Below are positions 52,458-62,674 of a stretch of 64,000 nt of DNA, in pieces (position 1 is the first letter of the stretch; the number at the start of each line of letters is the position of its first letter). The notes below the pieces were generated by a model that was not told the origin of the DNA, did no database searches, and worked only from the letters and a program-made list of their open reading frames with translations. The DNA is from Escherichia coli O127:H6 str. E2348/69 (GTDB lineage Bacteria; Pseudomonadota; Gammaproteobacteria; Enterobacterales; Enterobacteriaceae). The DNA lies in assembly GCF_000026545.1 (NCBI RefSeq), contig NC_011601.1, one strand, 5' to 3'. Made by a program: the position numbers and the translations under genes.

Positions 52458-52630
52458 AAAGCAGTCTCCTGAACAGGTTGCACCATTTTAGTGCATTATA
52501 GCTTTTTACGGATAAAAAGCGCGAAGCATCAGAGAATTGACGGAGAAAAAAGCCCATGCAGAGATGGGCTGAAAGTTTCCACGGCAACTAAATCCCGGCG
52601 TTGTTGCGCCGGGTAGTACAACTTCAACTA

Positions 52631-54040
52631 TTAGACGCTGTAGTACAGCTCAAACTCTACCGGATGCGGAGTCATACGCACGCGGTCATCTTCTTCGCGA
52701 CGCAGAGCGATGTACGCATCGATCGCTTCATCCGTGAACACGCCACCAGCTTTCAGGAACTCGCGATCCAGATCCAGTTCGTTCAGTGCTTCTTCCAGAG
52801 AGCCTGCAACCTGTGGGATCTCTTTCGCTTCTTCTGGCGGCAGGTCATACAGGTTTTTGTCCATGGCTTCGCCCGGATGGATCTTGTTCTTGATGCCATC
52901 AAGACCGGCCATCAGCAGGGCAGCAAAGCACAGGTACGGGTTAGCCGCCGGGTCCGGGAAACGTACTTCGATACGACGTGCTTTCGGAGAAGAAACCACC
53001 GGAATACGGATAGACGCAGAACGATTACGCGCAGAGTAAGCCAGCATTACCGGTGCTTCGTAGCCCGGGACCAGACGCTTGTAAGAGTTGGTGGTCGGGT
53101 TTGCCAGGGCGTTAATCGCTTTCGCGTGTTTGATTACGCCGCCAATGTAGTACAGCGCCTGTTCAGACAGACCTGCGTATTTGTCGCCAGCAAACAGGTT
53201 GACGCCGTTTTTAGACAGCGACATGTGGCAGTGCATACCGGAACCGTTATCACCGAACATCGGTTTTGGCATAAAGGTCGCGGTCTTGCCGAAACGGTGC
53301 GCCACGTTGTGCACGACATATTTGTAGATCTGAATTTCGTCAGCTTTTTTGGTCATGGTATTGAAGCGGGTAGCCACTTCGTTCTGACCTGCGGTAGCGA
53401 CTTCGTGGTGATGAGCTTCAACCACCAGACCCATCTGTTCCATCACCAGACACATTTCAGAACGAATATCCTGAGCTGAGTCTACCGGCGGAACCGGGAA
53501 GTAACCGCCTTTCACTGCCGGACGGTGACCTTTGTTACCACCTTCATATTGGGTGGAGGAGTTCCATGCGCCTTCGATATCGTCGATAGCAACGTGGGAA
53601 CCGGAGATAGACGATCCGAAACGGATGTCATCGAACAGGAAGAATTCAGGTTCTGGCCCGAACAGTACGGTGTCGGCAATGCCAGTAGAACGCAGGTAAT
53701 CTTCAGCGCGCTTCGCAATAGAGCGCGGGTCACGGTCATAGCCTTGCAGGGTGCCAGGTTCAAGGATGTCGCAACGGATAATCAGGGTAGAATCGGCGAA
53801 GAACGGGTCAATCACTGCGGTGGATGCGTCTGGCATCAGCACCATATCGGATTCGTTAATGCCTTTCCAGCCGCCAATCGAGGAGCCGTCAAACATTTTG
53901 CCTTCTTCGAAGAATTCGGCATTCACCTGATGAGCAGGGATAGTGACGTGCTGTTCTTTACCTTTGGTATCGGTGAAGCGCAAATCAACAAACTTCACTT
54001 CGTGCTCGTTCAGCATCGTCAGTACGTGTTCAGCGGACAT
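52631..54040 (-). CDS. glnA: Glutamine synthetase
   Basis: 469-aa product [35 protein letters not shown]... Confidence 0.98.
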
Positions 54041-54120
54041 ACTTTAACTCTCCTGGATTGGTCATTGTCGTCGTGGTAACGAAATCTGCAATTAAATGGG
54101 CCGTGTCGCCGTAAAAAAGA

Positions 54121-54140
54121 TAAAGCGAAATCTGTGCCAA
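54121..54140 (-). promoter_or_regulatory. glnAp2 sigma-54 promoter (-24 GG / -12 GC)
   Basis: Minus-strand TTGGCACAGATTTCGCTTTA about 80 bp upstream of the glnA start. Confidence 0.85.
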
Positions 54141-54194
54141 CTTTTAAATTGCCCCTAAAAGGCGTTATCATGCTTAACATCGTGCAAAAGGGCT

Positions 54195-54262
54195 GCACCA
54201 TGATGTGAATGTTGCACCAATATAGTGCTTCAATGGAAACATTAAGCACCATATTGGTGCAA
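54195..54262. promoter_or_regulatory. NtrC enhancer sites upstream of glnA
   Basis: TGCACCA/TGGTGCA-type dyads: TGCACCAATATAGTGCT (54214-54230) and the perfect palindrome GCACCATATTGGTGC (54246-54260). Confidence 0.75.
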
Positions 54263-54412
54263 TGACCTTTGGATAACCCTTTTTATGCTCCGTGAAAGCG
54301 ATCACAAAGGGACTCTGCAATACTTGTTTGCGGAGGATGTTTGTGATCCTGTTTTGTAGTGCGATTAATCCGTGTACAATAACGCGCTATTTCTAATGCC
54401 TGAGGCAAAGTT

Positions 54413-56236
54413 GTGATCGAAAAATTGCGTAATATCGCCATCATCGCGCACGTAGACCATGGTAAAACCACCCTGGTAGACAAGCTGCTCCAACAATCCG
54501 GTACGTTCGACTCTCGTGCCGAAACCCAAGAGCGCGTGATGGACTCCAACGATTTGGAGAAAGAGCGTGGGATTACCATCCTCGCGAAAAACACCGCTAT
54601 CAAATGGAATGATTACCGTATCAACATCGTTGATACCCCGGGGCACGCCGACTTCGGTGGTGAAGTTGAACGTGTAATGTCCATGGTAGACTCAGTGCTG
54701 CTGGTGGTTGACGCATTTGACGGCCCGATGCCGCAAACGCGCTTCGTAACCAAAAAAGCGTTTGCTTACGGCCTGAAGCCGATTGTTGTTATCAACAAAG
54801 TTGACCGCCCTGGCGCGCGTCCTGATTGGGTTGTGGATCAGGTATTCGATCTGTTCGTTAACCTCGACGCGACCGACGAGCAGCTGGACTTCCCGATCGT
54901 TTACGCTTCTGCGCTGAACGGTATCGCGGGTCTGGACCACGAAGATATGGCGGAAGACATGACCCCGCTGTATCAGGCGATTGTTGACCACGTTCCTGCG
55001 CCGGACGTTGACCTTGACGGTCCGTTCCAGATGCAGATTTCTCAGCTCGATTACAACAGCTATGTTGGCGTTATCGGCATTGGCCGCATCAAGCGCGGTA
55101 AAGTGAAGCCGAACCAGCAGGTTACTATCATCGATAGCGAAGGCAAAACCCGCAACGCGAAAGTCGGTAAAGTGCTGGGCCACCTCGGTCTGGAACGTAT
55201 CGAAACCGATCTGGCGGAAGCTGGCGATATCGTGGCGATCACGGGTCTTGGCGAACTGAACATTTCTGACACCGTTTGCGACACGCAAAACGTTGAAGCG
55301 CTGCCGGCACTCTCCGTTGATGAGCCGACCGTTTCTATGTTCTTCTGCGTTAACACCTCGCCGTTCTGCGGTAAAGAAGGTAAGTTCGTAACGTCTCGTC
55401 AGATCCTGGATCGTCTGAACAAAGAACTGGTACACAACGTTGCGCTACGCGTAGAAGAAACCGAAGACGCCGATGCGTTCCGCGTTTCTGGTCGTGGCGA
55501 ACTGCACCTGTCTGTTCTTATTGAAAACATGCGTCGTGAAGGTTTCGAACTGGCGGTATCCCGTCCGAAAGTAATCTTCCGTGAAATCGACGGTCGTAAA
55601 CAAGAGCCGTATGAAAACGTGACGCTGGACGTTGAAGAACAGCATCAGGGTTCTGTGATGCAGGCGCTGGGCGAACGTAAAGGCGACCTGAAAAACATGA
55701 ATCCAGACGGTAAAGGCCGCGTACGTCTCGACTACGTGATCCCAAGCCGTGGTCTGATTGGCTTCCGTTCTGAGTTCATGACCATGACTTCTGGTACTGG
55801 TCTGTTGTACTCCACCTTCAGCCACTACGACGACGTACGTCCGGGTGAAGTGGGTCAGCGTCAGAACGGCGTACTGATCTCTAACGGTCAGGGTAAAGCG
55901 GTAGCGTTCGCGCTGTTCGGTCTGCAGGATCGCGGTAAGCTGTTCCTCGGTCACGGTGCTGAAGTTTACGAAGGTCAGATTATCGGTATTCACAGCCGCT
56001 CTAACGACCTGACTGTAAACTGCCTGACCGGTAAGAAACTGACCAACATGCGTGCTTCCGGTACTGACGAAGCCGTTGTTCTGGTTCCGCCTATCCGCAT
56101 GACTCTGGAACAAGCTCTGGAGTTCATCGATGATGACGAGCTGGTAGAAGTGACTCCGACCTCTATCCGTATTCGTAAACGTCACCTGACGGAAAACGAT
56201 CGTCGTCGCGCCAACCGCGCACCGAAAGACGATTAA
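54413..56236 (+). CDS. typA: Ribosome-associated translational GTPase BipA/TypA (GTG start)
   Basis: 607 aa, [23 protein letters not shown]. Confidence 0.97.
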   Translation: MIEKLRNIAIIAHVDHGKTTLVDKLLQQSGTFDSRAETQERVMDSNDLEKERGITILAKNTAIKWNDYRINIVDTPGHADFGGEVERVMSMVDSVLLVVDAFDGPMPQTRFVTKKAFAYGLKPIVVINKVDRPGARPDWVVDQVFDLFVNLDATDEQLDFPIVYASALNGIAGLDHEDMAEDMTPLYQAIVDHVPAPDVDLDGPFQMQISQLDYNSYVGVIGIGRIKRGKVKPNQQVTIIDSEGKTRNAKVGKVLGHLGLERIETDLAEAGDIVAITGLGELNISDTVCDTQNVEALPALSVDEPTVSMFFCVNTSPFCGKEGKFVTSRQILDRLNKELVHNVALRVEETEDADAFRVSGRGELHLSVLIENMRREGFELAVSRPKVIFREIDGRKQEPYENVTLDVEEQHQGSVMQALGERKGDLKNMNPDGKGRVRLDYVIPSRGLIGFRSEFMTMTSGTGLLYSTFSHYDDVRPGEVGQRQNGVLISNGQGKAVAFALFGLQDRGKLFLGHGAEVYEGQIIGIHSRSNDLTVNCLTGKKLTNMRASGTDEAVVLVPPIRMTLEQALEFIDDDELVEVTPTSIRIRKRHLTENDRRRANRAPKDD

Positions 56237-56254
56237 TTTCGTTTTTTAGTCATA

Positions 56255-56286
56255 AAAAACCTGCCAGCGATGGCAGGTTTTTTTTG
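56255..56286. terminator. Bidirectional rho-independent terminator between typA and the convergent DeoR-type regulator gene
   Basis: AAAAAA-CCTGCCA-GCGA-TGGCAGG-TTTTTTTT. Confidence 0.8.
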
Positions 56287-56342
56287 GCTTATGGAAAACA
56301 AAATCCGCTGAAATTCCCAGCGGATTTTCCGAAGTTTCAATT

Positions 56343-57131
56343 TCAGGATACTTCTTGCTCGGCAACCACCAGTTCAACATTCTCTTCACTTAACAACTGG
56401 CAGAAAGAATTGGGAGGTGGGGCATCAGTAAAAAAAGCCCTGACATTCCGTGCATTGCCAATTGAAACGGCAGCAGACGCGGTAAACTTCGTATGATCGG
56501 CCACTAACAATGTATTCCGCGCATGTTTAATCATCGTTCTCGCGACTAACGCTTCATTGACATCAAATTCCAGCAGGGTGCCGTCATGTTCAATGGCACC
56601 TATACTGGTGATTAAATAATCTGCGCGGAAGCCTTCAATAAAATCCACGGCTCCTGGGCCGATAATCCCACCGTTATGAGCGCGTAAAGTGCCTCCCGGC
56701 ACCATCACTTCAATATCCTGATTCTTATAAAGAATCTGTGCCACACGCAGGCTATTAGTGATAATGCGTAAATCACGCCGGTTGAGTAATGCCCTGGCAA
56801 CGGCTTCTACGGTTGTACCGATGGTGATAAAGACGGTACAGCGTTCGGGAAGGTAATCGGCGACTGCCTCAGCGATCGCCCGTTTCTCGGCGGTGAGCGA
56901 AAGTTCCCGTTGCTCAAAAGCGGTATTCATGACGCTGGAGACGCGCCCGGCCCCTCCATGATGACGGGTGATCAAGCCCTGCTCACTGAGTTTTCGGATA
57001 TCCCGGCGCACGGTTTGCGTTGAAACATCCAGCAGTTGTGCCAGTTCTTCAATATTCATATAACCGCGTTCTGCGATTAGATGAACGAGTTGGTCATGGC
57101 GTGGATTACCTGTCACTGCGATGATACTCAT
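56343..57131 (-). CDS. DeoR-family transcriptional regulator, YihW (CsqR)-like
   Basis: 262-aa ORF; N-terminal DeoR HTH (MNIEELAQLLDVSTQTVRRDIRKL) plus sugar-phosphate-binding domain; my recalled K-12 CsqR sequence aligns closely. Confidence 0.8.
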   Translation of the reverse strand: MSIIAVTGNPRHDQLVHLIAERGYMNIEELAQLLDVSTQTVRRDIRKLSEQGLITRHHGGAGRVSSVMNTAFEQRELSLTAEKRAIAEAVADYLPERCTVFITIGTTVEAVARALLNRRDLRIITNSLRVAQILYKNQDIEVMVPGGTLRAHNGGIIGPGAVDFIEGFRADYLITSIGAIEHDGTLLEFDVNEALVARTMIKHARNTLLVADHTKFTASAAVSIGNARNVRAFFTDAPPPNSFCQLLSEENVELVVAEQEVS

Positions 57132-57170
57132 GAATACTCCCTTGCCCCTCCTCGGTAGATGTTTACCATT

Positions 57171-58067
57171 TTACGCATAAAGTGACAAAAATGATTCGGT
57201 TTGCTCACGATTAGGAATGCCGGCCCGACCGCCAGGCTGGGTACATTTCATCGCGGCAACCGCACTGGCAAAACGAATAGCCTCTTTTGTTGGCATTTTT
57301 TCTGCCAACGCTACCGCGAGTGCGCCGTGAAAAACATCGCCTGCTCCAGTGGTATCAACCACATTGACAGAAAATGCCTCCTGTTGACACAAATGACCAT
57401 CTTCAATCCACAACGATCCTTCAGAACCCAGCGTAACATACACTTTACCTGCTGTTTGTGTCGTTGCCTGGAACAAACCTTCTTCAGGTGACTGCAGGCC
57501 AGTCATGCGTTTCAGCCCTGGTGTTGAGAACACGGCGTGATCGGCAAGCGCGACAAGTGGAGAAATATCCTGCGGTGTCATATCGGCGTCTAAAAGCGTT
57601 GTCACACCCGCAAGGCGCGCTAGCGAGAATGCTTTTTCAGTACCGCTATGCCAGCGAACATCGGCCAGAATCAGATCATAACGAGAGAAATCGATCGCTT
57701 CTAACCATTCGGCATCAGTACCGAGATCAGGACTTGGATAATTAACGATAATCCGTTCGCCATGCTGATCAACGAGGATCGCTGATTGCGACGAACGGGC
57801 GTTAGGATATCGGCGGCAAAATGCGGTATTGACGCCCCAACCCTCAAGTTCTGCAAGTAAGGTATTTCCACAACTGTCATCGCCGACGCGACCGATGAAA
57901 TCAACCTCCACGCCAAGCTTTGCGATTGCAACAGCGGCTGTTGCTGCCGGGCCGCCACCAATCTCAAGATAATGATTTGCCTGATATTTCCCGCCACCCT
58001 CCGGCAGAGTGGGCAAAGAATAAATTCTGTCCTGAACTGTGATACCCACGCATGCAATTCTGGTCAT
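57171..58067 (-). CDS. PfkB-family sugar kinase, YihV (6-deoxy-6-sulfofructose kinase)-like
   Basis: Start at [11 protein letters not shown] (ATG 58067); ribokinase-family DTTGAGD motif; N-terminal extension of the six-frame ORF rejected. Confidence 0.8.
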   Translation of the reverse strand: MTRIACVGITVQDRIYSLPTLPEGGGKYQANHYLEIGGGPAATAAVAIAKLGVEVDFIGRVGDDSCGNTLLAELEGWGVNTAFCRRYPNARSSQSAILVDQHGERIIVNYPSPDLGTDAEWLEAIDFSRYDLILADVRWHSGTEKAFSLARLAGVTTLLDADMTPQDISPLVALADHAVFSTPGLKRMTGLQSPEEGLFQATTQTAGKVYVTLGSEGSLWIEDGHLCQQEAFSVNVVDTTGAGDVFHGALAVALAEKMPTKEAIRFASAVAAMKCTQPGGRAGIPNREQTESFLSLYA

Positions 58068-58146
58068 ATTTGTCTTGTCCTGTTTAATTTTGTCGTCTTT
58101 GGTCAATTTAAATGACACAAATGATCAAATTAGTGATGCGTGTCGT

Positions 58147-58181
58147 GTTTTTGAACATAAATTACAAATATGCTCAAAAAC
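58147..58181. promoter_or_regulatory. Imperfect 13-bp inverted repeat GTTTTTGAACATA-N9-TATGCTCAAAAAC in the divergent kinase/reductase promoter region
   Basis: 12 of 13 positions complementary; surrounded by repeated TTTGTC motifs; candidate operator. Confidence 0.35.
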
Positions 58182-58239
58182 AGACGAAAACGAATTTTCA
58201 ATTGTCATTATTTTGTCAATGTCAGACAGGAGAGTATTC

Positions 58240-59118
58240 ATGGCAACCATTGCATTTCTCGGGCTGGGGCAGATGGGTAGCCCAATGGCTAACAATCTAT
58301 TGCAAAAAGGGCATTCATTGCAGGTATTTGATGTCAATACACAGGCCGTCGATGCGCTAGTTACGCAGGGGGCCACTGCGGCACAAACCCCAGCGGAAGC
58401 GGCAGCAAGCGCTGAATTTATCATCACTATGCTTCCCAATGGGGACATTGTTCGACAGGTGCTGTTGGGGGAAAAAGGCGTCTGTGAAACTGTTTCATCT
58501 GACGCGTTATTGATTGATATGTCGACTATTCATCCCTTACAGACCGATGCATTAATACGGGAATTACAAGAAAAAGGCATCAATATGATGGACGCCCCCG
58601 TGGGCAGAACGTCAGTGAATGCGATTGATGGCACATTGCTGATTTTAGCGGGCGGCACTGATGAGCAGATTGCGCGTGCACGCCCGATTCTCATGTGCAT
58701 GGGTAATGAGCTGGTCGAGGCTGGCGGCCCAGGAATGGGGATCCGCGTGAAGCTAATTAACAACTATATGAGCATTGCGCTTAATGCGCTGTCCTCCGAA
58801 GCCGCTGTGTTATGTGAGTCACTGGGATTAAATCTTGATGTCGCAATTAAGGTGATGAGTGGTACGGCAGCAGGGAAAGGACATTTTACGACCACCTGGC
58901 CTGGCAAAGTGCTGAAAGGCGATCTTTCTCCCGCCTTCATGGTGGACCTGGCATTGAAAGATCTGCGTATTGCAGTTGACGTCGCTCGGGAAACGGGGGC
59001 GCCGCTCAATATGGGGATTGCAGCAGAAAGTTATTACGCCGCAGCAAGTCAAGACGGCAAAGGGCGGCAGGACTGGAGCGCCCTGCTAAATCAGGTTCGC
59101 CAGCAGGCTGGTCTTTAA
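58240..59118 (+). CDS. NAD(P)-dependent beta-hydroxyacid dehydrogenase, YihU (3-sulfolactaldehyde reductase)-like
   Basis: Start at [20 protein letters not shown] (Rossmann GLGQMG; ATG 58240 with AGGAGAG Shine-Dalgarno); 3-hydroxyisobutyrate dehydrogenase family. Confidence 0.8.
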   Translation: MATIAFLGLGQMGSPMANNLLQKGHSLQVFDVNTQAVDALVTQGATAAQTPAEAAASAEFIITMLPNGDIVRQVLLGEKGVCETVSSDALLIDMSTIHPLQTDALIRELQEKGINMMDAPVGRTSVNAIDGTLLILAGGTDEQIARARPILMCMGNELVEAGGPGMGIRVKLINNYMSIALNALSSEAAVLCESLGLNLDVAIKVMSGTAAGKGHFTTTWPGKVLKGDLSPAFMVDLALKDLRIAVDVARETGAPLNMGIAAESYYAAASQDGKGRQDWSALLNQVRQQAGL

Positions 59119-59142
59119 TTTTATCTATTAACAGGAGTTTCT

Positions 59143-60030
59143 ATGTCATCCCACTTCACCCCATTTACGCTGAAAGATATCTCCCGCCCAGGTGGTGGAT
59201 TCGCCATGTTAGCTGTCGATCAGCGTGAGGCCATGCGCCTGATGTTTGCGGCAGCAGGGCAGCCAAAACCCATCGCCGACAGTGTACTCACCGATTTTAA
59301 AGTTGCCGCGACCCGAATCCTTTCTCCTTATGCTTCTGCCGTTCTGGCGGATAAACAATTTTGTCTTGAACAAATAGTCGAGCAGGGCGCTGTGGCTAAT
59401 TCTTGCGGCCTGATTGTCGCTGCCGATCTTTTTATCCCAGGTAATGGCATCCCGGTTGATAGCGTTGAAATAGATATGTCCGTCGACCCGCATAAAGCCC
59501 GTGAAATGGGGGCTAAGGCAATGAAATTACTTGTACTCTGGCGTGAAGATGAACCCGCAGAGGAACGTCTGGCAATGGTTGATAAATTTGTTCGTCGCTG
59601 CCGTAGTGCCGGGCTGGTTAGCATTATTGAACCTGTGGTGCGTCCACCTCGTCGCGGTTGGGACTTTGATCGTGAAAGCGCCATTGTTGCCGCCGCCGCA
59701 GAGCTTGGTGGAACAGAGGCTGATCTTTACAAAGCCGAGATGCCATTAGGGGGCAAAGGCGATGAAAAAACCTTACTTGCCGCCTGTCAGCAACTTAACG
59801 ATCAGATGAAGATGCCGTGGGTAATTCTTTCTTCTGGCGTTGATGCCGATATTTTTGGCCGTGCAGTAAGTATTGCCATGAAAGGTGGTGCGTCGGGCTT
59901 CCTGGCTGGACGAGCGGTTTGGGCGTCGGTTGTTGGTGCACAAGATCCACAAACCATGCTGCGCGATGTCTCCGTTCCACGCTTGCAACGGCTGGCTGAA
60001 ATTGTCGATGAAGGTATCGCGCAACGCTAA
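59143..60030 (+). CDS. Class I aldolase of the LacD/tagatose-bisphosphate family, YihT (sulfofructose-phosphate aldolase)-like
   Basis: 295-aa ORF ([15 protein letters not shown]...VWASVVG) immediately downstream of the reductase gene. Confidence 0.8.
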   Translation: MSSHFTPFTLKDISRPGGGFAMLAVDQREAMRLMFAAAGQPKPIADSVLTDFKVAATRILSPYASAVLADKQFCLEQIVEQGAVANSCGLIVAADLFIPGNGIPVDSVEIDMSVDPHKAREMGAKAMKLLVLWREDEPAEERLAMVDKFVRRCRSAGLVSIIEPVVRPPRRGWDFDRESAIVAAAAELGGTEADLYKAEMPLGGKGDEKTLLAACQQLNDQMKMPWVILSSGVDADIFGRAVSIAMKGGASGFLAGRAVWASVVGAQDPQTMLRDVSVPRLQRLAEIVDEGIAQR

Positions 60031-60062
60031 TCCCCTATGGATATCGATTCTGGAGAATAACA

Positions 60063-61073
60063 ATGGATAAAATTACCCAGGTTTTATTTTCAGATATTGG
60101 GAAAGTCACCACTCAATATGTTGAAGTACCACACCAGCAACTTAAACCGCACGAAGTACGGATTGCGCCCGTGTTCTACGGGATATGCGGTTCGGATCTG
60201 CATGTTCTGAAAGGCGGTCATCCGTTTGCCAAACCGCCTGTCGTCCCCGGTCATGAAATTGCAGCGCGCGTTACGGAAGTGGGCAGCGACGTTAAAAATG
60301 TACAGCCGGGCGATCATGTTGTGGTCGATCCCATCATGGCTTGCATGGAATGCCGAGCCTGCAAAGCAGGACGTTTTAATCTTTGTGAACCACCGCAGGT
60401 TGCTGGTTTTCGCGCACCGGGCTTTGCTCGCTCACAACACATTGTTCCTGCGCGTAATTGCCATGTCGCACCAGCCTCTTTACCGCTAAAAGTGTTGGCC
60501 TTTGCCGAACCGGCGGCTTGTGCTCGTCACTGCGTTAACCGAATGCCGAAAGCTTCTCTGGAAAGCGTACTGGTGATTGGTGCCGGAACGATAGGCTTAT
60601 CCATCGTGCAGGCACTGCGCATTATGGGGGCAGGTAAGATTACCGTGATTGAACCTGACGCTGCCAAACGCGCGCTGGCGTTAAAACTGGGCGCAGCAGA
60701 AGTTTGGGCACCAGGTGAGCTGGCCGCAGATGTGCGATTTACGGGGGCGATTGATGTCGTTGCAGCGCAGGCCACGCTTAACGATGCATGTACCCGTGTA
60801 TATGCCGGAGGCACCGTCGTGTGCATGGGCGTACCAAGTGGGCCGCGTGAAATACCATTACCGATGATGCAACGTTTCGAGCGTGACTTGCTCAACTCTG
60901 GCATGTACATCCCTGAAGATTTCGATGCTGTTATCGAATGGCTGGCGGATGGGCGGTTTGATACCAGTGAACTGGTTACCGATTTATTTGCCATTGAGGA
61001 TGCAGCGGCGGCATTCGAACGCGCGCAGCAAAATGACTCCATAAAGGTCATGCTGCAATTTGCGCCGGAATGA
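60063..61073 (+). CDS. Zinc-dependent medium-chain alcohol/polyol dehydrogenase (sorbitol/threonine dehydrogenase-like)
   Basis: Catalytic-zinc motifs CGSDLH and GHE, structural-zinc cysteine cluster CMECRACKAGRFNLC, NAD-binding GAGTIGL; GGAGAA Shine-Dalgarno. Confidence 0.85.
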   Translation: MDKITQVLFSDIGKVTTQYVEVPHQQLKPHEVRIAPVFYGICGSDLHVLKGGHPFAKPPVVPGHEIAARVTEVGSDVKNVQPGDHVVVDPIMACMECRACKAGRFNLCEPPQVAGFRAPGFARSQHIVPARNCHVAPASLPLKVLAFAEPAACARHCVNRMPKASLESVLVIGAGTIGLSIVQALRIMGAGKITVIEPDAAKRALALKLGAAEVWAPGELAADVRFTGAIDVVAAQATLNDACTRVYAGGTVVCMGVPSGPREIPLPMMQRFERDLLNSGMYIPEDFDAVIEWLADGRFDTSELVTDLFAIEDAAAAFERAQQNDSIKVMLQFAPE

Positions 61074-61142
61074 TTTTCTAAATCTCTGTCTGGCGCTGCG
61101 TCACGTCAGCGCCACCCTACAACAATTAAAAAGGACACTGCG

Positions 61143-62576
61143 ATGAGTCAAATCACCAGTCCTGAAACTTATTCAATTAGTCGGCCACAGGACGTAATTG
61201 ATATTGTTAATAAGAACTCTGCAATCAACACCAGTATCGGCGTTATTTTTATTGCTTTGGGCGGCATATTGATTGATGCCTACCAGGCGGCGATGGTGGG
61301 GTTTGGTAATAAATACATTGCCGCTCAATTCGGCATTTCGCCGGGTCTTGCTGCAACCGTCAATGCATCAGTATTAATCGCCGCGTTAATTGGCGGTTTA
61401 TTAGCGAACCGAGTAATAAACCGCTTTGGGCAAAAGCGGGCATTTATTATTGGCATGGGGCTGTGCACCATCGGTGCTGCAGCGGTAGCTATTGCTCCCA
61501 GTATCTGGTGGGTGCTGGTGTGCCGCGTCATCATGGGCTTTGGTTTAGGCATCGACTTCCCTTTGGCAACCAATGCCGTGGCAGAGCTTCGTGGTTCAAC
61601 GTCGAAGAAAACCGGAACGTCGGTCAACCTCTGGCAAATGGCCTGGTATGTTTCGACAACCGTTGTTTATTTGGTGCTTTTGCCGCTGCTTCTGTCGGGT
61701 ATCGCTGAAGAACAATTGTGGCGTTACGGAATATTCATCGGAGCTATTTTTGCAGTCATCTTCATGATTTTGCGTTACTTCTTTATTGGTGAATCCGCAA
61801 TGTGGGCCGCACGCGTCGGGCGTTACCAGGAAGCGTGCGACATTCTGGGAAAACGTTATGGTGTTCAGGCTCGCGTTGCGGCATCGGGTACAACAGAAGC
61901 GAAATTCTCGGAAAAAGCAGAGAATAAATACAGTGGTGGATATGGCATCTTATTTAATGATCGTTACCGCAAACGCACCATTCTTGGCTGTGTCGTGGCA
62001 ACCATGCAGGCGTGGCAATATAACGCCGTAGGTGTTTATCTTCCTCTTACGTTGGCGGGAATAATAAGTGGCGGGCTTACTGGCGCGTTGACCGGTTCTG
62101 CCGTCGTGAATGCCCTTTGTGGGGTGACAGGCGGGATGATCGGCTCGTTTATTCTCCAACGACTGGGTACTCGCCGACAGTCGATGTATGGATTTGCTGT
62201 TGTGACCTTAGCATTGCTGTCGTTAGGCGCACTGGCAACGACTAATCCCTGGCTGTCTTTAGGGTTATTGGGATCAATTATTTTCTTCCATTCAGCGGGT
62301 CCTGGTGGGCTGGGCATGACCATTGCCACACTCTCTTATCCTCCCGCTATTCGCCCTACTGGGGTCGGATTTGCCCGCGCTATTATGCGCACAGGGGCAA
62401 TTGCAGGACTCATTTTCTGGCCGATGCTGTGGGGTGCGTTGAAAACTGAAGCGTTTTACTGGTTGGCAATCGTGCCATTCCTGGGATTCCTGACCTGTGT
62501 ATTGATTAATTGGGAACCACTGGGTGCAAATGTTGATGCTGAGGACGCAGAGGTTCTGGCTGAATTGAAGAAATAA
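61143..62576 (+). CDS. MFS transporter, sugar-porter-like (12 TM)
   Basis: 477-aa hydrophobic ORF with an MFS-type loop motif (GLLANRVINRFGQKRA). Confidence 0.75.
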   Translation: MSQITSPETYSISRPQDVIDIVNKNSAINTSIGVIFIALGGILIDAYQAAMVGFGNKYIAAQFGISPGLAATVNASVLIAALIGGLLANRVINRFGQKRAFIIGMGLCTIGAAAVAIAPSIWWVLVCRVIMGFGLGIDFPLATNAVAELRGSTSKKTGTSVNLWQMAWYVSTTVVYLVLLPLLLSGIAEEQLWRYGIFIGAIFAVIFMILRYFFIGESAMWAARVGRYQEACDILGKRYGVQARVAASGTTEAKFSEKAENKYSGGYGILFNDRYRKRTILGCVVATMQAWQYNAVGVYLPLTLAGIISGGLTGALTGSAVVNALCGVTGGMIGSFILQRLGTRRQSMYGFAVVTLALLSLGALATTNPWLSLGLLGSIIFFHSAGPGGLGMTIATLSYPPAIRPTGVGFARAIMRTGAIAGLIFWPMLWGALKTEAFYWLAIVPFLGFLTCVLINWEPLGANVDAEDAEVLAELKK

Positions 62577-62610
62577 TTTAATGCGCATCGGTTTAAGCCG
62601 ATGCGCATTA
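62577..62610. other. 14-bp perfect inverted repeat TTAATGCGCATCGG-(6)-CCGATGCGCATTAA between the two transporter genes
   Basis: Read directly; no T-run follows, so not a canonical intrinsic terminator. Confidence 0.5.
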
Positions 62611-62674
62611 ATTCAAACTGCCCACGTTTAGTGGTTCGTATCCCAGATTTCTCGCCTACCAGGAGAGGAAAATT

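Noticed and set aside
52458-52630. Possible glnA 3'UTR-derived sRNA (GlnZ-type) in the glnA-glnL intergenic region
   Set aside because: The region contains a hairpin and the glnL promoter, but I cannot recognise a specific sRNA sequence from memory; left unannotated
57171-58118. Longer 315-aa version of the PfkB kinase ORF starting [10 protein letters not shown]
   Set aside because: PfkB homologs begin at the [11 protein letters not shown] position; the extension runs into the divergent promoter region
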